NCBI RefSeq assembly: GCF_001194135.2
Contig: NC_068981.1
Location: 180,944,181-181,006,628 of the forward strand
DNA length: 62,448 bases
Direction: 5' to 3'
Source: Octopus bimaculoides
Taxonomy: Eukaryota
Shown here: positions 11,374 to 23,700 of the stretch, one piece after another
Numbering within the stretch: the stretch's first letter is position 1
How the letters are laid out: each line of letters starts with the position of its first letter
Notes under the pieces: model-generated
The model's database searches: none
What the model saw: only the letters and a program-made list of their open reading frames with translations
What the model was told of the DNA's origin: nothing
Position numbers and translations under genes: made by a program

Positions 11374-14300
11374 GGATGTGTGTGTATATGTTTGTGTGTC
11401 TGTGTTTGTCCCCCCTCCCCAACATCGCTTGACAATTGGTGTTGGTGTGTTTATGTCCCCGTAACTTAGCAGTTCAGCAAAAGAGACCGATAGAATAAGT
11501 ACTAGACTTCCAAAGAATGTCCTGGGGTCGATTTGCTTGACTAAAGGTGGTGCTCCAGCATGGCCACAGTCAAATGACTGAAACAAGTAAAAGAGTAAAG
11601 AGTATACTAATGAATTTCAATTATCCATATTTGTAGATGAATACTTTCATTTTCACTTTTGACAAAGTAAACATTTTGTAAACAGGGTTTTGCTCAGAAT
11701 GCTAGTGGATTACCAGACGTGGTGTTTCAACTTGATTTAGTCTACTTGTTGAGAAAAACCATGGGTATTCTGTGCTAAGCCAAGAAAAGTATTCCAGTAT
11801 TCCATTCAATATTGTTGTTAGAGTTATGCAAATAGTTAAACAACTAGTAAAGGCTGCTACTAAAAGACAATGCACACAATGAAGTTCTCATCTGAATATT
11901 GTGTGCAATGGATGTCTTGAGCTAAACACTAGAATCTTCTGAATTTTGAAAACTGATCTTCAAATATTTTGGTTAAATTTTCATCTGCTGAGTTATTAAT
12001 ATCTGTCATATCAACATGTTGGCAAGCTGGCAGAAGCATGAGCATACTAGGTAAAATGCTTAGTAGCATTTCATCTATCATATGTTCATCATCATCGTCA
12101 TTGTCGTTTAATGTCTGCTTTCCATGTTGACATGGGTTGGATTGTTTGACTGAGGACTGGCAAGCCAGGAAGCTGCACCAGGCTCCAGTCTAATCTAGCA
12201 AGGTTTCTACAGCTGGATGTCCTTCCTAATGCCAACCACTCTGAGAGTATAGTGAGTGCCTTTTACATTCCACTGGCACGAGAGTCAGTCAGGCAGTACT
12301 GGCATTGACCATGCTTAAATGATGCTTTTTATGTGCCACCAGCACAGGAGCCAGTTGGGTGGCACTGGCAATGACCATGCTCAAATGGTGCTTTTTACAT
12401 GCCACCAGCATGGGAGCCAGTCAGGCAGCACTGGCAACGGCCACACTCGAATGGTGCTGGTCAGGTGGTACTGGCATCACCCATGACAATGACTTCACTT
12501 GACTCAGCAGGTCTTCACAAGCACAGTTCAAATTCCACTGAGGTCGGCACTGCTTGTCATCCTTCTGAGGTTGATAAAATAAGTACCAGTTGGGCCCTAG
12601 GGTTGATGTAATCGACTTAGCCTTGCCCTGAAATTGCTGGCCTTGTGTCAAAATTTGAAACCAATATTTGTCATATTGTTACTAGTATTATATGTTATCT
12701 AGATTGTAATATTTAAGTATCTGAATTCATTACCTTGCTTGTTATCATAAAAATCTTTAATGACACTTTTTGGAGATCTATCAATTACAAAACAGAATTT
12801 TCTCAGGCCTTGTGTGTAGTAATAGCAGTAGTAGTAGTAGTAGTAGCTAATAGTGGTAATGTTAATGTTGTTGGTATTAGAGTGACAGCTTGGTAGAATT
12901 GTTAGAGTGCCAGACAAAATGCTTTGCAGTATTTCTTCTATCTCTTTACATTTAGAGTTCAAATACTGCTAGGTGCCTTTCTTCCCTCCAAGGTCTGTAA
13001 AATAAAGTACCAATGATGTACTTGGGTTGGTGGAGTCAACTAATCCCCTCTCATCAAAACTACTGGCCTTGAGGCTAAATTAGAAGCTATTAAAGATAGA
13101 AAACTGGCTGACTCATTGACGTGTTGGAAAAGTACTTTACAGTATTTTATCTGGATGTTTACATCATGAGTTCAAATCCTGCTAAGAACAACTTTGCCTT
13201 TCATCCCTGTAGGGTTGATAAAATAAAGTACCAGCTCAATACTGGGGTTGATGGTAGTTGTTATACCCCACATCTGATGGGTGGTCTAACATTAGACCAC
13301 ACATTAGATGTTGTCATAGAAGTTAGTTGCTCTGAAAATGTGACCATCTCTTCCAAAATTAGTTAGCAGTAGAATATCTATGGACAACTGCTTTGAAACC
13401 TGCAGCAGCTTCTCTACCCTGATTGTAAATTTACCTGTGTATCAATAATCATTGGAACACATGGTTATGTAAGTAAATCTCTGAATAACAATCTGGAAAA
13501 GTTGCTTAGATTTTTCCATGGGTGAGGTTAAAAATAAGTGTTAATTTTAGAAATGATTTCAGTAAGGTTTGATAGATTGGCAGGATTGATAAAGTGCTGG
13601 ACAAAGGTCCAAGTCCTTGCTGTATTTTTGCTGTGATCCTTAATATTCTGATTTCAAATTACACTAAGGTTGTCTTTATCCTTATTAGAAATCATTCTCT
13701 TCGAGCAAAAAGTATGTTAGTCATGGCCTGTAGATCTGGTTTAATCCAACTTTTGTGAACCAGAGTGCAAAAGGTCAGCTCTAATTGAACAGATCTATCA
13801 CTGAAAGTGTTCGAAACATGACAATCCTGGTTTTTATTTTTATTATGCACTGTGTCTCTGGGAGTGCATTATTCAAAGCTTCCTTCCTTTTTGAAGACAG
13901 AAAAGACCAAGTTCACATTCACATGATCTGTTGGGTACAGTGAACCTGAAAGATTATTTTAGAGTGGTAGGAGTTCCAGTTCCTTAATATTATGTCAATC
14001 AGAGATAGCATATCTGTCCTTTGCAGGATGGTGTTCTTTTTCAGATGACAACCATTCTCAGATGATTTGGTACCTCTTCTACACAAATAGATGACCAAAA
14101 GTAATATAGAGTAAAGTTTACAGCACAAAAGTTCTACAAATACATGCAGTGGGCTTGAAATCACAGCCTATGAATCAATAGTCCTCTACCTTATCCACTC
14201 GATGTTTAGAGGGAGCAAAGATTTTTGAGGATGGTAAAATGTTTGTACTGATAAATATGGTAAATAAAGCTTTGATTTATCAAAGTGAACCTTTATTATT

Positions 14301-16819
14301 TTTTCTTTTTCCAGAACTCCATGGTAAGCCTCTAACAAAAGAGGACAATATCCATAATTGCCAAGTTGTAATTGATGCTTTAGCAACCAAAGTTCTGAAT
14401 ACTTCCCTTTCTCACATCACTGGAGAAAGCATTGTCAATGGAAACAGAATGGCAATTAACAACTTGCTTGAAATATTCACTGATTTGTTTGAGTTTCTTA
14501 CTGAGAAGATAGAAGCTGTAGAAGATGTGGTTGATGATGGCTTAGAAGGTAGTTATTACTTCTGAAAATTTTTCTCTTTTTTTTTTAATTATTTTCGAAT
14601 ATTCTAATACTTTATTATTGATCGGAGGTGACAGATGATACCTCTCACTTGCAGTGACTTTGTAATAATCTTTGGAAAAAAAGGAAAAAAATTTTTTTTT
14701 CACACCATGTGTCTAGGCCTGGAGAAGAATTAACAGGTGTTCTCACTAGGAATTTGGGGTTTTTGAGATTTTCCTGCAGATATGAGGCTGGGTACAGTAG
14801 TTCCAGTTGGAAATTGAAACTGGATTATGGACTCAGTTTGTTGTGAATTTGTTACCCACGCCATTAGAGCCAATAAAAGTTGATAAGATCAAAAGCTCTC
14901 TTTGTTAGAGTACTAGATATAGTCAATTCAATTGACTGGAATATATTATACGTCATCATCATCTCTTTAATGTCCAGTTTTCCATGCTCACATGGGTTGG
15001 GCAGAATTTGGTGAGGTTTATTCAGCAATGAAATATTTAATATATATTTATCTCCATTCAGCTCTTGTCGTTCATCATCTTCAGTTTAACTTCTACTCTT
15101 CCATGCTTGCGTGGGTTGAATAGAATTTGTTGAGGTTGATTTTCTATGGCTGGATGTCCTTCCTGTTGCCAAATCTGTTTTTAGGCAAGGTAAAATTTCC
15201 CCATGGCCAGCCATGTTTTCAAGAAAGATTGGAAATGAAGGACACTGCTTGCATGATGATAATATTTGTATAAAACAATTGTGTAAAGTCAAGGCAAGGA
15301 GACAGTAACACACACACACACACACACGGTTAATTTTATTACTGGCCTTTGTGCCGGTGGCACATAAAAGCACCCACTACACTCTCGGAGTGGTTGGCGT
15401 TAGGAAGGGCATCCAGCTGTAGAAACTCTGCCAAATCAGATTGGAGCCTGGTGCAGCCATCTGGTTCGCCAGTCCTCAGTCAAATCGTCCAACTCATGCT
15501 AGCATGGAAGGCGGACGTTAAATGATGATGATGATGACATGAGGCAATTTGTCTTATTTTCAATCTTCACAGCACTCTGAAGGATGCCTCTTCTCTTCAT
15601 GAGAAACATGGTTTAAAGGATCTTGACTAAAGACTTCAACACTTGTGATTATTATATTTACAGATTTCATTCAGGATAAGGTATTTTTGGAAGATTGGAT
15701 TCACCAAAAACACATAGAAAATTATAAAGAGAAACTGTGAGTACCTTCATGAATTATTTCTCTTTATCATAATGTGGAAGTGAATTGTAATGGCAAGCTG
15801 AGTCACCAATTCTGGTTCAGTGTCAAGTTGGAACCACTTTTAATAATAACGAGGTGTATAATAATAATAACATTAACAAGCTTATTGTATGCAGTGCTCA
15901 GATGTCCTCATTGGAAAAGGGTTAGGAGAGAGGACAGAAAGTAGAAATAAGTCGAGTAAAGAAAGACAGCAATGGTAGCCAAAAGTGCATGCAAAGTACA
16001 TAGAATAATACACAAAAAGACAGAATAGTGAACAGAAAAAGAGCCATGAAAAGGAAAGTGTACATAGGAAGCATAGAATTTTTGATGTCCTAGCAGCTAA
16101 GAATTAATGCAGCATGGGAAAATGTTTCTTAAATGTGTGTACAACTATTCTGAAGATTAGAGAATTAAGTGCTGGAGTACCATATTGTTGGTTAGTACCT
16201 CAGTGCTTGTGTCTCACACTTGTTTGGCATTTTAGTTTGGTGTATCACACAGCTGGTACTTCTGTGCTGAAATGCCACACTTTTAGTTGGTACCTCAGTG
16301 CTTGAGTACCACACTGTCAATTAGTACCTCATTGCCTGAGAACAACATGACTAGCTAGAAAATAATTATTTCCTGCCTGGTGAAAATGCCTGAACAGAGG
16401 CACCATCTCTTACAAACAGAACAAGATTGCAAGGACACAAAGCAAACATAAACTACACAAGTCCAGATCCAACTCTTTGCCTCCAGTCCCAACAGAGCAT
16501 CATTGCCTGACTTGTGGCAGAGCCTTCTGAGCATGCATTGGATTGATTGGCCACATCTTCTCCCATATGATGTCCTTGGTCATTGTCAACAATGACATAC
16601 GGACTAATAATAATGATAATAATAATGGTTTCAAATTTTGCCACAAGGAGATGAGTCAATTACATTGACCCCAGTGTTCAACTGGTACCTATTTTATCGA
16701 CCCTGAAAAGATAAAAGTTGAAGTCGACCTTGGTGGAACTTGAATTCACAATGAAGCCACGGGCAAAATACTACTAAGCCTTTCATCTAGCACGCTAACA
16801 ATTCTGCCAGCTCACCACC

Positions 16820-16855
<36 letters not shown>

Positions 16856-17697
16856 CCTTATTAATTAGACTGTTGGCTGAAGGTTTATTAATAAAATTCC
16901 TCACAGCTGGTTGGAGGTTAATAACTGGAATACCAGACTTGTAGTTTTTGATAATGCTGGAAATACCTTACTGTTGGCATAGTAATAGACTGTCAGAAAA
17001 TTTGTGACTCTGTCCTGGAATATCAGGCACATGGCTAGTGTCTAAGTGTTAGGATGTTATACTGATAATTGGGCATCCGATTTGGAGTTAAGTTTGACCC
17101 TTGTTTTTCCCAAGATTCTAATGTAATGCAAATTTTACCAGTTATTACAATCTGTAGTATTCTAATATTGAAAGAATAAAATACATGTTATTAGTTACCT
17201 TAAATTGTTTATATTACTATTATACTGAGAACTTTATTATTGTCTTATCTAGTTCTTCTCCAGGAGCAACATCTGGCTGTTCTCGCTTTGCTTGGCAGGA
17301 CAGTACCACAGTAGCAGAAAAGGAAGATGATCTGAAGACATTAGAACCAGGTTTGCTAATTTTAATATCTCATTATTCTGGATGACAGAATTGGTAGAAC
17401 ATTGGACAGAATACTTTGTAGTATATGGTAGTATATGTTCTAAATCATGATCCTGCTTTGCTCTTCAACCTTCAGAGGATGATGAAATATTTAAGCGTTG
17501 GGGTCAATACAATATATACAGGCGTAGGAGTGGCTGTGTGGAAAGTAGCTTGCTTACGAATCACATGGTTCTGCATTCAGTCCCACTGTGTGGCACCTTG
17601 GGCAAGTATCTTCTACTATAGCCTCGGGCCGACCAAAGCCTTGTGAGTAGATTTGGTAGATGGAAACTGAAAGAAGCCCATCGTATATATGTGTATG

Positions 17698-17736
<39 letters not shown>

Positions 17737-20700
17737 ATGTGTTTGTGTGTGTGTCTGTGTTTGTCCCCCCAACATCGTTTGACAACCGATGCTGGTGTGT
17801 TTACGTCCCTGTAGCTTAGCAGTTCAGCAAAAGAGACCGATAGAATAAGAACTAGGCTTACAAAGAATAAGTCCTGGGGTCGATTTGCTCGACTAAAGGA
17901 GGTGCTCCAGCATGACCACAATCAAATGACTGAAGCAAGTAAAAGAGAGAGAGTAAAAGAGTAATCCATGCCAGCATGGAAAACAGGTTACATGATGAAT
18001 ATATATACACATATATATACATATATATGAGGGTGGTTCAGAAAGTAATGCAATTTAAATTTGCATTACTTTTCCTTCACCCTCACATATATGAGGGTCT
18101 GTCAAAAAGTGATACAGATAAAAACTGCATTACTTTCTGACTCACTGTTATCATCATCATCATCCAGTGTTTTAAGTCTGGATTTTGTCCCCGTTAATGG
18201 GTTGCTGGATCTACCTCAGTGCCATAGCAACTGCCTTCACACCATCTCACCAGCTTGCCTGGTTTTGGGCACCCTCCTTTTTCAAACTACTTTGAAATAA
18301 ACTACCTTGTACAAGTATGCAATACACACACACACACACTTCTCTGAATGTGGTACCATAACAAGGTACTACATCCTCAGTCCAGTCACTAAAACCAGTA
18401 AAAGAAGACAAGAGTATTCATATTGCATTTTAACTTAGGCACATCACCACAAATTTTTGTGGTTGGGTTAGACATAATTTGATTAAACACAGTACTTGAG
18501 TAGTGCTTATTTCCTTAATCCCCAGAGGAAAGTTAAAGTCAGTTTCACAGGGATTTGAACTCTAAGCAAAAATTGACATAAATAAATAAATACAACAAAG
18601 CATTCAGTTCTCTGATTAACTATTTCTACCATTTCATTGTCTTCAACAGTATGCCTACCCTACCTGTACTAGCATTTTTACTTACCCAGAAGAATTTGTA
18701 TTGCTTTGAGGAGTTTAACTGAGGATCCTTTCCATCTTATCTTTTGTACACAGCACACATCTATTCATCTCTACTACATCTCCACAATTTCACCAGACCT
18801 CCATTAATCGGTGCATCCCTTAAATTTTGTAACTATTTGGAAGATGGAAGGGATTTCCTGTGATAAATGTGTTCAGTGTCCTCTGTATCTAACCGTACAG
18901 AAGATGTCCTGTATTATTCTTTCATTCATTCAGCGTTTTTCTTTTACTTTCATGAAGATATACTCAATCGTACGATGACACTTAGATCATACCATGTTCC
19001 AGATGTTACTGAACCAGCTCCATCAGTACCATATCAAACTCCAGAAATTCTTCAACCTACATATCCACCAAAGCAAGTTCAAAGAAGTTCTAAAATTCAA
19101 AATAAAGTGAAAGAAGATTTTGTGCCTTTATTTAAGCCTCCAGAATATATCACCAAAGTTGATTCCTCTTGCCAAACCATACCATTCTATGACGAACCAT
19201 TGAAAGATAAGAATTATCAGGAAGATTTAAATGGCCCTTCGAAGATTATTGGTTCAGGTAAAATTCTTAGAAATGTTTTCAAAGCCCTGCTTATCTATTG
19301 CATTCTGGATCCTCTGCCTCAGTGAAGCGCATTACGGCTAGATTCTTCTAGCCAACTTGAGGCATTGCATCAGTGACTAGCCTCGATCTTGCCTCTACTT
19401 CCCAAGGTTGATGGTGCATACACACATTCATGCACCCCTTGGCACCTTCAGCACACCAGATGCTCATTCCCTCACATTCCCATTGATCTTGTGGGACCCT
19501 GGCCTGTCAGTCAAGGATACACTTACATTTCACATTGGTGACTTTTTTGTTGCTTACATTCTACACTGGCCTCCATACTACGCTAATGGCTTACTACTGT
19601 ATATTACTTTTTCAGACACAAAAACATCTTCATTTCCAACAAATATTAGAAGGTTAGTATTATATTTTTCACAATCTTCTCATTTTATTTACAAAATGTT
19701 TCATATTGCCAGTTCACACCAGAGTAACACAACATGCAAATAAGTCTTCTTTATTAAAATCTACTGGTTCCATTCCTTTCATATTTAATCTAATGGGTTT
19801 TTCTTTTTGTGTTTTGTCTGCATGGCTGTGTGCTAAGAAGCTTGCTTCCCAACTACATGGTTCCAAGTTCAGTCCCACTGCACAGCACCTTGGACAAGTG
19901 TTTTCTACTATAGCCTCAACCTTGTGAGTGGATTTGGTAGATGGAAACTGAAAGAAGCTTGCCATGTGTGTGTGTGTGTGTTTGTTTCTCACCACTGTTT
20001 GACAACTGATGTTGGTGTGTTTACATCCCTGTAACTTAACGGTTCACAAGAAAAGACTGATAGAATAAGTACCAAGCTTTAAAAAATACAAGTACTGGGG
20101 TCAATTCACTCAGCTAAAAATTCTTCAAGGCAGTGCCCCAGCATGGCCACAGTGTAATGACTGAAACTAGTAAAAGCTAAAAGACTGGGTCTAGAGGAAG
20201 GAGTAGTGTCCATGGCCTTTGCAGATGCTCCAAGACTGATTAAATTAATGCCATTAGTATTCCTTTTGAACTTTTGCAAACCAACATCTGAGCCAATTCC
20301 AGGGAGCCAATCTTCTCAGGAGAAAGGATTGGGCAGTGATTAATATAAGGCCTGGACTTAGCAAGAGTAATGAGGGGTGAGACAAGTGGCATGGGAATGT
20401 TTAACACATTAACTGCCATGGCCCATTACTGGAACTTATCAGTGACACCACATATTTCCAGCCATGCTGCATATTGTTTAATTACAAGGAAATGGAATTT
20501 TTTTGCATTTTTGTAATATTTCATAATTAAACTTTAATATTCTAACATTCGTCTCCTCAAAACCATGTCAAAGATACAGAATAAAATATTTTCTCAAATT
20601 ATGAAAATGTATCACTAACTGGTGCATTTGGCAGTTAACATGTTAAGTTGAGGTGGTATGAACCCAATCAACATTCCACCCATGACAATCTCTTCTTTTT

Positions 20701-23700
20701 TATTATCAGACACTATATAAGTACACATTATCCAATTTATTCCCCCTTCCTTTTTTTTTCATTTGTAAGGTGTTAGAGTGATTTAAAGGAATTATGACGG
20801 CTCTATCTAGCCAATAGAGCAGCTGTGTAAAGTGTCCTACTTCTCCAATGCAGGGTATTTGGGATAGACCAAGAAGGATTTGGAATAAAGTCGTTGGATG
20901 GAACCAGAGTACCATGAGTTTATCAGATAAAATGATACAGGATTAGCCCTTCTTTGGCATTCAGATTACTCTCTCAAATGCAATGCCTATTTATTCACAT
21001 TGTTTTGAAAGAATCTTGCATTATCTCATAGCTTTGAGATTTCAATGATGTGATTATTTATTTTTAGAACATTGTAGGGTGAGAGCCCAAATCTAGCCAG
21101 TTTGAACATAAAACAGGTAAAATATTTTGACCTGATATGGCTGGTTTACCACTGTGCCAAAAAGAAGCATAGAAATAGCAAGATGATAATGTTGAAGCAA
21201 GTGTCGATATTGTTTAAATGGTATTTTTCCAAATTCCATTATAAAATCTGAAAATTAGTCAAGATTCTCAGATCGATTTTTTTTCTGTTTTCTTTTATGT
21301 TCTTTAAATCGTTTTCGTTAATTTCCTGGTCCATTTATTTGTTTTCAATCAGTCATTTTCAGCAGACATTAACCCTGTTTTGATGCTTATATTTTTGTAG
21401 AAATTCTGACTCATCGACTCAAACGGAGAAATCCATCTATTCTGAATCGAATGATATCTTGGAGCAATACAGACCTGGACGCAGTACGGATCAGTAAGTG
21501 AATAAGATTTTACAGAAAGTCTAAAGTATTAGAAAGATAATGTTATCATCATCGTCATTTAACACTTGTTTTCCAATTCCCGTGATGTCATCTTCACTTC
21601 TGATGACACCAAAGCCCATGATTGTCACTGGAAACTTCATCTGCATAACTCTAGGCATGTCCTTAGATGAGACAAGGAGCCATCTGTTGTTGTGGGAGTT
21701 GATCTGGTCTTGGCAGAAATTCTTCTCGTTGGAGAAGAACCACAGCATGTGTAGTTCCAGTGGGTGTTTCAACTTGTTGATCAGCTTCTTGGTGTGTTTA
21801 AGTCACTTTTCCTGCATTGCCTTGGACAAACTTTCTATACTCATCTTGTATGCAAAGTAGCAAATGTCCTTATGCACCACCAGCCTGATGAGCTTTTCAT
21901 CCACACCTTTGCATTGAATTGCTGGGATCATTGTTGATGATCTCCTGGATTTCAGCGACGAATTCCAGCATTCTGATGGTATCAGATCGACAATCATGGG
22001 TCTTCCTCCCTGCTGTCTCCTTGTAGTTGAATTCTGTATCTTCCAGCTCCTTTCTGACCTTTTCCACCATCCTTCTGTTAACATTGAGGAAGTGTCTGAA
22101 ATCTCCTTCTTTGTCCTTCTGACGTAGATTCCAAGGACTCCTCCATGCCTCTTCCACAAATTGGGGGTTTAAAAATTTTCCATTGTCAATTATTCTGCAA
22201 AAAAATAAAGCACAAGTGGTTATTAAGAAGAAAAGGACCAACAAGAAAAGTAAACAGAATATGCATAAAGTTAGCTGATAATTGCAAACAAATACTGACC
22301 ACACCCTGTGTGTGTGTATATATATATATATACATATACATATCATCATCAATAGAATCGGATACCGTTGCGACACATACTTAAGAAATGATCCTTAAAA
22401 GCATGGTCTTATATATGAGAGTATTGTAGTTCACTTGAAGCATTGTGTATTGTTTGTAAACAGTAATGATAAATAGTAATAATGTGTTTTGACTGGCACA
22501 ACAATGCACTACAATAACAACAATGAATTTATAATAACTGGTGTAATTTAATCATCTATAGTCTGATATAGTATTTCGGAATATAAAAATTCCTTCTTCA
22601 GATATCACTAGGGATTGATCGGGAAAATCAATTGTAGCAGTGATTCAATCAATCTCTAGGGATATCTGAAGAAGGACTTTTTATATTCTGAAATATTATA
22701 TCAGACTATGGTTGATTAAATTACACCAGTTATTATAGTACGTTGTTGTGCCATTCAAAACACATTAATACTGTTTATGATACATATATATAATTTTGAC
22801 AAACCAAATACAGCTCAATGCTAAATATTTTGGTATTTGGATACGTCTGGATCATGATTTCTAGTTCTGGCAAAAAGCCTCAACCTTCATCGGTAAATTT
22901 TACTAACTGAAAAAAATGAAAAATTTTTCCAGTTGATAAAAGGAATTCCAACCACATTTCATGGTTTGCAACCTCAACAGCTCCTTTATAGGATCCAGTG
23001 GCTAAAGAAATCATCAGGAGGAACTACGTCCGGTTTCAGCCACTACTCCTCTATGTTTTCATTGTGGTGCCCCCCACCCTTTCGGAGGTGTCTCCAGCTC
23101 TGGTGTTGAGTGCATTTTTTTCTTTCTCCGTTTTTCTTTTGTTCTTTGGTTTCTTCAATGCAGCATCAATGAATGTCAGCAGGCGAATGACCATCCTACC
23201 AAATTTCCCTTTAAATGCTTGCCAGTATGCTCCAGCAGCCAGCACCAGCTAACTGTCATGTGACACTGTCTAATCTTCAACTGACCAATGGAGGGGAAGG
23301 GCGCGTAGTTTTGGCCCATGCCCTCTCTAAACCTGCCTTTCAACAGTGTCGTGTTAGTTTCAGTTCCAGCAGCCAGAGCCGACCAGCCAAAAGTCACCTG
23401 ACAGTAAATCAAAACCATTTAATTCCAAGATTTATTTATGTTTAACAACTGAATGTATTTAATAAAAGCATCTAAATATGAAACATCATGAAAATTGTTC
23501 AAACTGAAGTCCTGCTTGAGTGACACATTTTGCCATTCAAGTCAATACAGAATTACAGATAGTGTTTATGGAATTTTGATTTACTGTCAGGTGACTTTTG
23601 GCCAACCTTGTACACACACACACACATATATATGTATCTATTCTTTTATTCTTTTACTTGTTTCAGTCATTAGACTGTGGCCATGTTTAGGCACCACTTT

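Noticed and set aside
13370-13470. Exon-like stretch with gtaagt donor in intron 2
   Set aside because: The frames contain stops or break the phase chain; exons 2 and 3 already join in frame and match the recalled human protein.
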